NCBI GenBank assembly: GCA_965202985.1
Contig: CBDBCF010000002.1
Span: forward strand, 608,001 to 672,000
Length of the DNA: 64,000 nt
Reading direction: 5' to 3'
Source: Longimicrobiales bacterium
GTDB taxonomy: Bacteria; Gemmatimonadota; Gemmatimonadetes; Longimicrobiales; Gaopeijiaceae
The translations under genes and the position numbers were made by a program. Of this stretch, positions 56,038 to 64,000 are shown piece after piece (position 1 is the stretch's first letter; each line of letters begins with the position of its first letter). The notes under the pieces were generated by a model. It made no database searches. It was not told the DNA's origin and saw only the letters and a program-made list of their open reading frames with translations.

Positions 56038-58944
56038 TCAGCTTCCGCCCAGCGCCGCCCGCTTCTCCGCGAGCGTTTCGATTCTGCGCTCCCAAGCCTC
56101 GGCCTTCTCCCGCTCGCGAGCCACGATCTCCGGCGGCGCCTTGGCCGCAAAGCCGGGGTTGGCCAGACGCGCCCGCGCCCCGTCCAGCCCCGACCGGAGG
56201 CGCGCCAGCTCCTTGTCCAGGCGCGCCCGCTCCCGGGCCACATCAATCACGCCCTCCAAGGAAAGGAACACCTCCGTGCCGTCCCGCAGCACGGCCCCCG
56301 CCCCGGGCGTCCCCGCCGCAGGCTTCGTCCTCTCCACGCGCTCCACGCGCGCCAGTCGAGCCAGGGCCGCCTCGATTCCCGGCGAAAGCGGTCCCTGGGC
56401 GCCGGCGGCCTCGTCGCGGTTGGCCCCGCCGCTCGCGGCCGATACGTGCACCACCACCGTTCGCCCTTCGCCCACGCCGTACTCCTTCCGCAGCGCGCGC
56501 ACCTGCACCACGAGCTCCTGCAACCATGCGAACCGCGTCTCGGCGTCCTGGTCGGACAGGCCGTCCGCGGCTTCGGGCCACCGAGCAACCGCAAGCGGCC
56601 CGTCCTCCTGGCCGCGCTCCGGCAGCCGCGCCCACAGCTCTTCGGTCACGAACGGCACAAACGGGTGAAGCAAGCGGCAGGCCGCGTCCAGCGCGTGCAC
56701 CAAGACCGAGCGCGCGGTCTCCCGGCCACTGTCCACGTCGTGCCGTCCTAGCTGGCCCGTCGGCCCGGCGTTGCCTGATGCGCCGGTGTCGCCAGTCGGC
56801 CCTTCCCCAAGCCGGTCCTTGGCCAGCTCCAAGTACCAGTCCGCGAACTCGCCCCGCACGAAGTCGCGCAGCACCTCCGCGGCCCCGTGGATGCGGAAGC
56901 CCTCCAACTCCTCGCCGGCGCGCCGAACCGCGACCTGGAGCCGCGACAGGATCCAGCGGTCCTCCAGCCGGAAGCTGCCGGCAACCTCCCCCAGCGGCTG
57001 CACGGGCTCGTCGCCCACCTTCATGAGCACGAACCGCCCGGCGTTCCACAGCTTGTTGACGAAGTTGCGGCCCGGCGCGAACGCGGCTTCCAGGTCCTCG
57101 TGGTCCAGGCGGATGTCGGCGCCCACCCCGGCGCTGGCCACCAGCGTGAAGCGCAGGGCGTCGGCGCCGTAGAGCTCCACGACCTCCAGCGGGTCGATGC
57201 CGTTGCCCAGGGACTTGGACATCTTGCGGCCGTGCTTGTCGCGCACGGTGCCGTGCAGGTAGACCCGCGGGAACGGCGGCTCGCCCATGGCGTAGCAGCC
57301 CGCCATGATCATGCGCGCTACCCAGAAGAAGAGTATCTCCGGCGCGGTGGACAGCGCATGGCCGGGGTAGAACGCCGCCAAGTCGTCGCTCTCCTCGGGC
57401 CATCCGAAGACGGAGAACGGCCACAGCCACGACGAGAACCACGTGTCCAGCACGTCCGGATCCTGCTCCAGGTCGCTGCCGCCGCACTCGGGACACGCCT
57501 CGGGGTCCTCTCGAAGCGCCATGACGGCGTCGCAGCCGCCGCAGTACCAGACTGGGACGCGGTGACCCCACCACAGCTGCCGCGAGACGCACCAGTCGCG
57601 GATGTTCTCCATCCAGTGCTCGTAGACGCCGGTCCAGCGCTTCGGGACGAAGGTCACGGCGCCAGCGCGGGCAGCCTCCAGTGCGGGCTCGGCCAAGGGC
57701 TTCATGCGGACGAACCACTGCTCGCTCAAGCGCGGCTCCACCACCGTGTCGCAGCGATAGCACCGGGGCACGGCGTGGCGGTGTCGGTCCCGGCCCGCCA
57801 GCAGCCCCTGTCCCTCCAGGGCGGCCAGCACGGCCTCGCGGGCCTCTTCGCGACTCATGCCCTGGAACGCCGCGGGCGCGTTCTCATTCATGATCGCGCG
57901 CTCGTTCATGACGTTCAGCACGTCCAAGTCGGCACGCCCGGCGATCTCGAAGTCGGCCGCGTCGTGCGCGGGCGTGACCTTGAGCGCGCCCGTCCCGAAC
58001 TCGGCGCTGGCGTGTTGATCCGCGACCACGGGGATCCGCCGGTCCGCCAGCGGCAGATCCACGGCGGCCCCGACCAGCGACGCGTAGCGCGGATCGGCCG
58101 GACCCACCGCGACGCCCGTGTCCCCCAGCATCGTCTCCGGGCGCGTCGTCGAGATCGTGAGGTACCACCGGCCGTCGGCCAGCCGCCCCACGCCGCCCGC
58201 CCCGGCGGCCCGCGCGGCCTCGGCGTCCTCCTCCCGGCCCGGCGCCAACGGGTAGCGGATGTGCCAGAGCGAGCCTTCGGATTCGGCCGCCTCGGCCTCT
58301 TCGTTGGACAGCGCAGTCAGGCAGCGGGGACACCAGTTGACGACATACTTGTCGCGATAGATGAGATCGTCGTCGTAAAGTCGCACGAACACTTCTCTTA
58401 CGGCTCGCGACAAATCCTCTTCCAAGGTGAACCGGGCTCGGGTCCAGTCGCAACTGCAACCGATGCGCTCGAGCTGGTTCAAGATGCGCCCGCCGGTGCG
58501 TTCGACGTGTTCCCACACCTTGTCCACGAAGGCGTCGCGCCCCAGGTCGTGACGGGTCTTGCCGTCTTGGGCCAAGCGCCGCTCCACGACGTTCTGCGTG
58601 GCGATCCCGGCGTGGTCGGTGCCCGGGACCCACAGCGCGGTCCGACCCTCCATGCGCCGCCATCGCACGATCACGTCCTGAATGGTGTTGTTCAGCCCGT
58701 GGCCCATGTGAAGCACGGCAGTCACGTTGGGCGGAGGGATGACGACCACGAACGGCTGTCCGTCCGACCGGCCCGCATCGTTCTCCGGCGTCGGGCTGCT
58801 CCGGGCCGCGTCGGCCGCGGACGCGCCGAAGCAGCCGCTCTCCTTCCACAGGCGCAAAACGCGGGCTTCGACTTGGCTGGGGTCGAAGGTCGGGGGCAGG
58901 CCGGGGGCGGCGTGCGCCGGGCTGGTCGACTCGGTGTGGCTCAT
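56038..58944 (-). CDS. valS: Valine--tRNA ligase
   Basis: PPPNVT..LHMGH, DHAGIATQ, TTRPETM, DWCVSRQLWWGH, DVLDTWFSS, KMSKS, C-terminal coiled coil. Confidence 0.98.
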   Translation of the reverse strand: MSHTESTSPAHAAPGLPPTFDPSQVEARVLRLWKESGCFGASAADAARSSPTPENDAGRSDGQPFVVVIPPPNVTAVLHMGHGLNNTIQDVIVRWRRMEGRTALWVPGTDHAGIATQNVVERRLAQDGKTRHDLGRDAFVDKVWEHVERTGGRILNQLERIGCSCDWTRARFTLEEDLSRAVREVFVRLYDDDLIYRDKYVVNWCPRCLTALSNEEAEAAESEGSLWHIRYPLAPGREEDAEAARAAGAGGVGRLADGRWYLTISTTRPETMLGDTGVAVGPADPRYASLVGAAVDLPLADRRIPVVADQHASAEFGTGALKVTPAHDAADFEIAGRADLDVLNVMNERAIMNENAPAAFQGMSREEAREAVLAALEGQGLLAGRDRHRHAVPRCYRCDTVVEPRLSEQWFVRMKPLAEPALEAARAGAVTFVPKRWTGVYEHWMENIRDWCVSRQLWWGHRVPVWYCGGCDAVMALREDPEACPECGGSDLEQDPDVLDTWFSSWLWPFSVFGWPEESDDLAAFYPGHALSTAPEILFFWVARMIMAGCYAMGEPPFPRVYLHGTVRDKHGRKMSKSLGNGIDPLEVVELYGADALRFTLVASAGVGADIRLDHEDLEAAFAPGRNFVNKLWNAGRFVLMKVGDEPVQPLGEVAGSFRLEDRWILSRLQVAVRRAGEELEGFRIHGAAEVLRDFVRGEFADWYLELAKDRLGEGPTGDTGASGNAGPTGQLGRHDVDSGRETARSVLVHALDAACRLLHPFVPFVTEELWARLPERGQEDGPLAVARWPEAADGLSDQDAETRFAWLQELVVQVRALRKEYGVGEGRTVVVHVSAASGGANRDEAAGAQGPLSPGIEAALARLARVERVERTKPAAGTPGAGAVLRDGTEVFLSLEGVIDVARERARLDKELARLRSGLDGARARLANPGFAAKAPPEIVAREREKAEAWERRIETLAEKRAALGGS

Positions 58945-58973
58945 GAGGTGCGGGGAAGGGTTGGCGACGGGGC

Positions 58974-59819
58974 TCAGCGGTTCCGCCGGGGCGTCGCGGG
59001 GACCGTGTCGGGCTTGACCTGGACCTGTACCTGCTTGCCGTCGGCCTCCTCCTCTTGGGCCCTTCGGCGCTCCTCGCGTCGCCGCCTCATGATCTCGACC
59101 CGTTCCTTCCAGCTGCGCCGCGCCGCGACCGAGCCCGCCGCCCGGTCGATGTCCGCGATCCGGAATGCCATCTCCGCGCGATCGCCGCTGTAGTCCGGCG
59201 GCGGACCGAAGCCGAAGGGGAGCGGCACGGTGATCTTGCCCAGATGGATGCGGCCGGGCGACACGCCCCACTTGTTGCCGTCCTCGTCGGTGCGCGTCCA
59301 GTCGAGGGCCGCGCGGGTCCGTTCGGCTTCGGCGACGGCGGAGTCGTGCATGGCCTCCAAGGCGATCTTGATCTCGAGTTCGAGGATCTCGTGGGCCGTG
59401 AGCTCCACCAGCGCCGGGTCCATGGGCATCCACAGACGGGCGTCGCCGGGGCGCGAGCGAAGGCGTTCCGCCACCGAGCGGTAGCGGGGCATCGTCCACT
59501 CGGGGCCGCCCTCCAGCGCGGGAACCTCGGGCACGACGGCGGGCGCGTCGGGGGCGTCGATCTCGACCGGGTCCTCGGGCTCTCCGGAGGGGGACGTGCC
59601 GATCTCGACGATGCGAACGACCTGCGTGCCGCCGGGGGCCGCCGTCGGAGCCCGCGCGAAGGGCGGCGGTTCGCCGGGGCCGGGGCCGGTGGCGAACGAA
59701 TAGGCGATCAGCGCCAGCAGGTGGCCCAGGGCCGACAGCGCCAAGCCCGCGACCAACGGACGGCGTGCGGCGCGGCGGCGGCGGTCCGGGCTGGGCTGGT
59801 CCTCGCCGGGCGGCGTCAT
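58974..59819 (-). CDS. Hypothetical membrane-anchored protein with Pro-rich linker
   Basis: TM helix with SxxxH (LSALGH), Pro/acidic linker, globular C-terminus; ATGA coupling to the FAH gene. Confidence 0.6.
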   Translation of the reverse strand: MTPPGEDQPSPDRRRRAARRPLVAGLALSALGHLLALIAYSFATGPGPGEPPPFARAPTAAPGGTQVVRIVEIGTSPSGEPEDPVEIDAPDAPAVVPEVPALEGGPEWTMPRYRSVAERLRSRPGDARLWMPMDPALVELTAHEILELEIKIALEAMHDSAVAEAERTRAALDWTRTDEDGNKWGVSPGRIHLGKITVPLPFGFGPPPDYSGDRAEMAFRIADIDRAAGSVAARRSWKERVEIMRRRREERRRAQEEEADGKQVQVQVKPDTVPATPRRNR

Positions 59820-60472
59820 GCGCGGCTCGCTGCCGGTTCGCGAGCGGCCAGCGGCTCGCCCGCCTCGACCGGGTTGGTCACCGACGAGCCGCACGAGAGC
59901 TCGACGGCCACGACGTCGCCGGGCGCGAGCGGGCCGATCCCGGACGGCGTGCCCGTGGCCACCAGGTCGCCCTCTTCCAGGGTCATCATGTGCGACGCGA
60001 AGCTCACGACGCGCTCGCAGGAGAACGCCATCTCGTCGGCCCTTCCCTGCTGCCGGACATCACCGTTGACGCGCGTGACCAGCGACAGGCCGGCCGGGTC
60101 CACGCCGGCGGCCTCCACTTCGGCGCCCAGCGGGCAGAAGGTGTCCATCCCCTTGGCGCGGGTCCACTGGCCGTCGGCCCGTTGCAGATCCCGGGCGGTC
60201 ACGTCGTTCACCGCCGCGACGCCGCCCACGAACGACCAAGCTTGATCCGGCAAGACGCGACGGCACCGCCGACCGATCACCAACCCGATCTCGCCCTCGA
60301 AGTCCACCCGTCCCGCGTCCGGTGGGATGCGCACCGGCGCGCCGCTCGGGATCACGGACGACGGCGGCTTGAGGAACAGCAGGGGCTCGCGGGGAACGTC
60401 GTTGCCCAGCTCGGCGGCGTGAAGCGCGTAGTTCCGCCCCACGCAGACGATCTTGCCGGGGCGGCGCGTCAC
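59816..60472 (-). CDS. Fumarylacetoacetate hydrolase family protein
   Basis: KIVCVGRNY..H, FLKP, DFEGE, NDVTARD, AKGMDTFCPLG, GD.VATGTPSG. Confidence 0.92.
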   Translation of the reverse strand: MTRRPGKIVCVGRNYALHAAELGNDVPREPLLFLKPPSSVIPSGAPVRIPPDAGRVDFEGEIGLVIGRRCRRVLPDQAWSFVGGVAAVNDVTARDLQRADGQWTRAKGMDTFCPLGAEVEAAGVDPAGLSLVTRVNGDVRQQGRADEMAFSCERVVSFASHMMTLEEGDLVATGTPSGIGPLAPGDVVAVELSCGSSVTNPVEAGEPLAAREPAASRA

Positions 60473-60473
60473 G

Positions 60474-60671
60474 CTACCCCGACGACCGGGCGTGGATCGC
60501 GGTCCCCACCAGCGCGCCCAGCGCCGCGATGCCCAACAGCGACGCGATCACGGTCCACCAAAACCCCACGTCCGAGTGGCCTCCGCCCCAGCCCAGAAAC
60601 GCCGTGCGGGCGGCCCCCGCGGCCAACGTCAGAAGCGCGAACCCAGCAAGGAAACCAAGAGCCTTCTTCAT
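60474..60671 (-). CDS. Small two-TM membrane protein
   Basis: MKKALGFL..., two hydrophobic helices; fills the gap between the dinG and FAH genes. Confidence 0.55.
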   Translation of the reverse strand: MKKALGFLAGFALLTLAAGAARTAFLGWGGGHSDVGFWWTVIASLLGIAALGALVGTAIHARSSG

Positions 60672-60709
60672 GGGCGATTCCACCGATTCCGGGAGAGGGA
60701 CGTAACTCC

Positions 60710-60737
60710 AACCTACCGGTTCCCCGTCGCAGGTCAA
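60710..60737 (-). promoter_or_regulatory. Putative internal sigma70 promoter upstream of the valS-selA gene run
   Basis: TTGACC-16nt-TAGGTT. Confidence 0.35.
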
Positions 60738-63280
60738 GCGTGCTCATCGGGTTGCGAGTCGTAGAACCGCGCGACCTGTGCGCGGGCCTCTTCCCACGGG
60801 CCCGTGATGCGGGGCATCGGCGGCAGCGTGTCGAGGATGGCCTTTCCGTAGCGCTTGACGAGGACGCGGTCGTCCAGGAGCACGACAGCGCCCCGGTCCG
60901 TGCGACGACGGATCAACCGGCCCACGCCCTGCTTGAGACGGATCGCGGCGTCGGGAACCATGAACTCGGCGAAGGCGTTCCGGCCCCGTGCCTCCAGAGC
61001 CTCGCTGCGGGCCTCCACCAGGGGATCGGACGGCACTCGGAAGGGCAGCTTGTGGAGGACCAGAGCGCGGAGCGGGCGTCCGGGAACGTCCACGCCCTCC
61101 CAGAACGACGCGGTGCCCAGGAGCACGCCGTCCCCTGCCTCGGTGAAGCCCTGCAGAAGCCGCGAGCGGCGCCCTTCCCCGTGCACGAACAGCGGCCAAC
61201 GAAACGCGCCGCCGATCGCCCGGAGCGCCGCCGCCACGGCCCGAAGCGCGTTGAACGACGTGAACAGGACGAAGAGCCCGCCCCCGGTGATCGACGCCGT
61301 GTCGTGGACGACGCTCGCCGTGGCCCGGTGGTTGGCGTCCGCTCGCGCGCTCCCGCCTCCGGGAGACGGCAGCCCGGAGGGGACGACGATGCGGCTCTGG
61401 GAGGCGTAGTCGAACGGCGAGCCCATCACCGCTTCGGCCACGGCCGGGGTTCGGGACGCCAGGCCCAGGCGCCCCCGGACGTACGCGAAGGAGCCGTTGG
61501 CCGTCATCGTGGCGGAGGTCAGCACGGCGGTCTCGACGGTATCGAAGAGGTGCTCGGCCAGCAGGGGTCCCGGGTCCACGGGCGCCGCCGCGAAGGCCAG
61601 GTTGAGCACGGGCGGTCGGCCCCGCGACCTCGCGGAGCGTCTCGGTTCCAGCCACCGCACCCAGTCGCCTTCGCCGTCGCCCGCCAGCAGACAGCGACAA
61701 AGCGCGTCCGCCCCCACCTCCAAGCGCCTCTCGCAGCCCTGGAGGTCCAGGATGCGGCCCTGGACCGCTTCTCCCAGCCTGTCTTCGTCCTCCAGCGCGC
61801 CGTGAAGCAAGTCCAGCTCGCGACGGAGGTCCTTGATCGCCGCCAAGGCCCGTGTCAGCGACTCGCCGACCCCGGCGTCCTCCGCCGGTTCGCGCCCAGG
61901 CGCCGCGCCCAGGCGCACGGCCCCCTGCCCGCCCTGCGCCAGGACCCACGGCTCGATCATGCCGAAGAACTCGTCCAGCGCCTCGCGAGCGGCATGAAGT
62001 CGCCGGCCCGTCTTCGTCTCCAGCTGTTCCTGCAACCAGTTGCCGACCGCCAAGCCGCCGTCCGCTTGCCGGACCGTCTTGAGCAGGGCGGCTAGCACGC
62101 CCTTGTCGGTCCCGCCCCGGTCCAGCCGCGACAGCGCGGCGTAGAGGCCGGCCCGCGTGGTCTCCATGCCCAGGTGGGTCGTGGCCGCGTCCTCCAAGTG
62201 GTGCGCCTCGTCGAAGACGACCCGTTTGTACGACGGCAGCACGGCGGCCTCGCGGTAGTTCTCGGTGGCGATGCGAACCGCCAGGTCCGAGAAGAACAGC
62301 GCGTGGTTGACCACCAGCAGGTCGGCGGCGGCGGCAGCGCGTCGGGAGCGCTGGTAGTGGCATTCCTGGAAGTGGGGGCACTTCGACCCCAGGCAGGCGT
62401 CGCCGTCGCTCCGCACCTCGTCCCACACCTCCCGGGACGGAGTGAAAGGCAGGTCACCCCTGGACCCGTCCTCGGTGGACTCGAGCCACTCCAGCACGGC
62501 CTTCGTCTCTTGGGAGCGGTCGTCGGCAAACAGGTCGGCCGCCGACTGCGCCGCCAGCTTGGCTCGCCGGATCGAGACGTAGTTGGCCCGCCCCTTCACC
62601 AGCGCCCAGTGCACCTTCTCGCCCAGCAGCTCCTCGGCCAGCGCGATGTCCTTGCCCACCAGCTGTTCCTGCAGGTTGATCGTGTTGGTGGACACGACCG
62701 TCCGTTCCTTGTTGCGCGCCGCCCAGCGCGCCGCCGGCACCAAGTACGCCATCGACTTGCCGGTGCCGGTGCCCGCCTCCACCAAGCCCGTGCCGCCTTC
62801 GTTGAACCGCTCCGTCACGAAGCGGAGCATCTCGCGCTGTCCGGTCCGGTTCTCGTAGCCGGGCAGCGCGGACAGCGGGCCGCCGGGCGCCAGCAGCTCT
62901 TCGAGCGCGTCCGGGTCCAGCGGCTCGATCCGGCGGGGCTGCGGCGGCTCGACCACGACGTAGAAGTTCGCCGCCCCGTTGTCCACGATCGCCGAGCCCA
63001 GGCCCTCGTCGTGGAGACGGCCCGCCACGATCAGGTCGGCGTCCGAGGGTTCGGTGCAACCCGACGGGTGGTTGTGGATCACGATGCCGCCGGGGGTGGC
63101 GTCCCGCGCCGCGGCCAGCACGGCCCCTCGGTTGCCGCGCGCCACGGCCCTTGGGTTCGCGACGACCCGGTCCGGCGTCACCTCCGCCAGGAACGACACC
63201 TCGCGCCCTCCCGCCCTCGCCACCTCGTCCCGGATCGCCCGAGCGGCCTGCGGGGCCAAGCGAAGAGGCCCCGACCTCAC
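60734..63280 (-). CDS. dinG: DinG-family helicase with N-terminal JAB/MPN (RadC-like) domain
   Basis: HNHPSG-x4-SDAD JAMM motif; Q motif (RTGQ), EAGTGTGKS, DEAH, TSAT, SPFDY, FWEGVDVPG, QGVGRLIR. Confidence 0.88.
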   Translation of the reverse strand: MRSGPLRLAPQAARAIRDEVARAGGREVSFLAEVTPDRVVANPRAVARGNRGAVLAAARDATPGGIVIHNHPSGCTEPSDADLIVAGRLHDEGLGSAIVDNGAANFYVVVEPPQPRRIEPLDPDALEELLAPGGPLSALPGYENRTGQREMLRFVTERFNEGGTGLVEAGTGTGKSMAYLVPAARWAARNKERTVVSTNTINLQEQLVGKDIALAEELLGEKVHWALVKGRANYVSIRRAKLAAQSAADLFADDRSQETKAVLEWLESTEDGSRGDLPFTPSREVWDEVRSDGDACLGSKCPHFQECHYQRSRRAAAAADLLVVNHALFFSDLAVRIATENYREAAVLPSYKRVVFDEAHHLEDAATTHLGMETTRAGLYAALSRLDRGGTDKGVLAALLKTVRQADGGLAVGNWLQEQLETKTGRRLHAAREALDEFFGMIEPWVLAQGGQGAVRLGAAPGREPAEDAGVGESLTRALAAIKDLRRELDLLHGALEDEDRLGEAVQGRILDLQGCERRLEVGADALCRCLLAGDGEGDWVRWLEPRRSARSRGRPPVLNLAFAAAPVDPGPLLAEHLFDTVETAVLTSATMTANGSFAYVRGRLGLASRTPAVAEAVMGSPFDYASQSRIVVPSGLPSPGGGSARADANHRATASVVHDTASITGGGLFVLFTSFNALRAVAAALRAIGGAFRWPLFVHGEGRRSRLLQGFTEAGDGVLLGTASFWEGVDVPGRPLRALVLHKLPFRVPSDPLVEARSEALEARGRNAFAEFMVPDAAIRLKQGVGRLIRRRTDRGAVVLLDDRVLVKRYGKAILDTLPPMPRITGPWEEARAQVARFYDSQPDEHA

Positions 63281-64000
63281 GTCTTGAGCTTTTTCTTCTT
63301 GGCGGCGGGGAAGAGCACGTTGTTGAGGATGAGCCGGTAGCCGGGCGAGTTGGGATGGAGCTCCAGGTCGGTGGCTGCGTCGCCGATCTGGTGCTCCGGG
63401 TCCTCGGGATCGTGGCCGCCGTAGTAGGTCCACGTGCCCTGGCCGGCGGCGCCGTGGATGTACTTGGCCCAGCCGCCTTCGGTGGCCAGCTTCACCACGC
63501 CCGGCTTCAGGCGGTCCTGGGCGAACGAGGTGGTCAGCCCGTAGAAGTCCGGCACGACGGCTTCGTGGTTCTGGGTGAGCATGGCCGGAACGGGGTCGAA
63601 CTTGGCCGAGAACTCGAAGAGCGTGAACGCCCCGAGCTCCTTCCGCCACGGCGTGTTGACCTGGTGGCCGTCGATGTCCGAGAAGGCGTTGACCGAGGGC
63701 GCCGTCTGGACGTGCGCGTCGCGAAACGCCATCGCCGCCTCCCAGTCCAGCTTGGCGCCGGCGTCGGGGTCGGGTGGCGTGCCGTCCGAGTAGGCCGCCG
63801 CGATGTCCACGGGACCCGCCGCCAGGGCCAGCTCCAGCGTCTCGGGGGCGGAGCACATGGCGAACAGGAAGCCGCCCTCTTCCACGTACCGGCGAATGCG
63901 CGCACTCACGGCCTTCTTGAGGGCGGGCACGTCGGAGAAGCCCAGCGCGCGGGCCACCTCTTCGTTGCGCGCGACCTCCTCTTCCAGCCACGGCGCGCCC
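63277..64000 (-). CDS. Conserved hypothetical protein, glutamine-amidotransferase-like fold (5' truncated by window edge)
   Basis: 'YVEEGGFLFAMCSA' nucleophile-elbow-like motif, 'GGHDPED', 'SPGYRLILNNVLFPAAKKK'; open to the window end. Confidence 0.6.
   Translation of the reverse strand, partial: GAPWLEEEVARNEEVARALGFSDVPALKKAVSARIRRYVEEGGFLFAMCSAPETLELALAAGPVDIAAAYSDGTPPDPDAGAKLDWEAAMAFRDAHVQTAPSVNAFSDIDGHQVNTPWRKELGAFTLFEFSAKFDPVPAMLTQNHEAVVPDFYGLTTSFAQDRLKPGVVKLATEGGWAKYIHGAAGQGTWTYYGGHDPEDPEHQIGDAATDLELHPNSPGYRLILNNVLFPAAKKKKLKT

Overview
High-GC bacterial chromosomal segment. The gene set, gene order and beta-propeller lipoproteins suggest Gemmatimonadota, but this is inference. Most of it is housekeeping genes in tightly coupled operons: mfd, two parvulin PPIases and pdxA; holB-moaC; guaB-mltD; tRNA-Ser, ispG, an RND/TolC efflux system, gltX and a lexA-like gene; iscA, an MBL hydrolase and a purN/purH fusion; dinG through valS to selA-gmhB. 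Two accessory blocks stand out. (1) A ~14.8 kb gene for a ~4,930 aa autotransporter-like adhesin with 28 Ig-like repeats (some with hypervariable Cys-bounded loops) and 5 cadherin-like repeats. A 24-nt poly-C tract just after its likely ATG puts that ATG out of frame, suggesting phase variation. (2) A lower-GC island in which a secreted Cys-rich small protein with a sigma54-type promoter sits between two recently duplicated but locally diverged beta-propeller-like lipoproteins, followed by an orphan ECF sigma factor. Other oddities are a LexA homologue without the catalytic Ser/Lys, a JAB-DinG fusion, a PurN-PurH fusion and paired leaderless-type promoters. No CRISPR, rRNA or transposase was seen. 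All calls come from reading motifs by eye; no searches were run.
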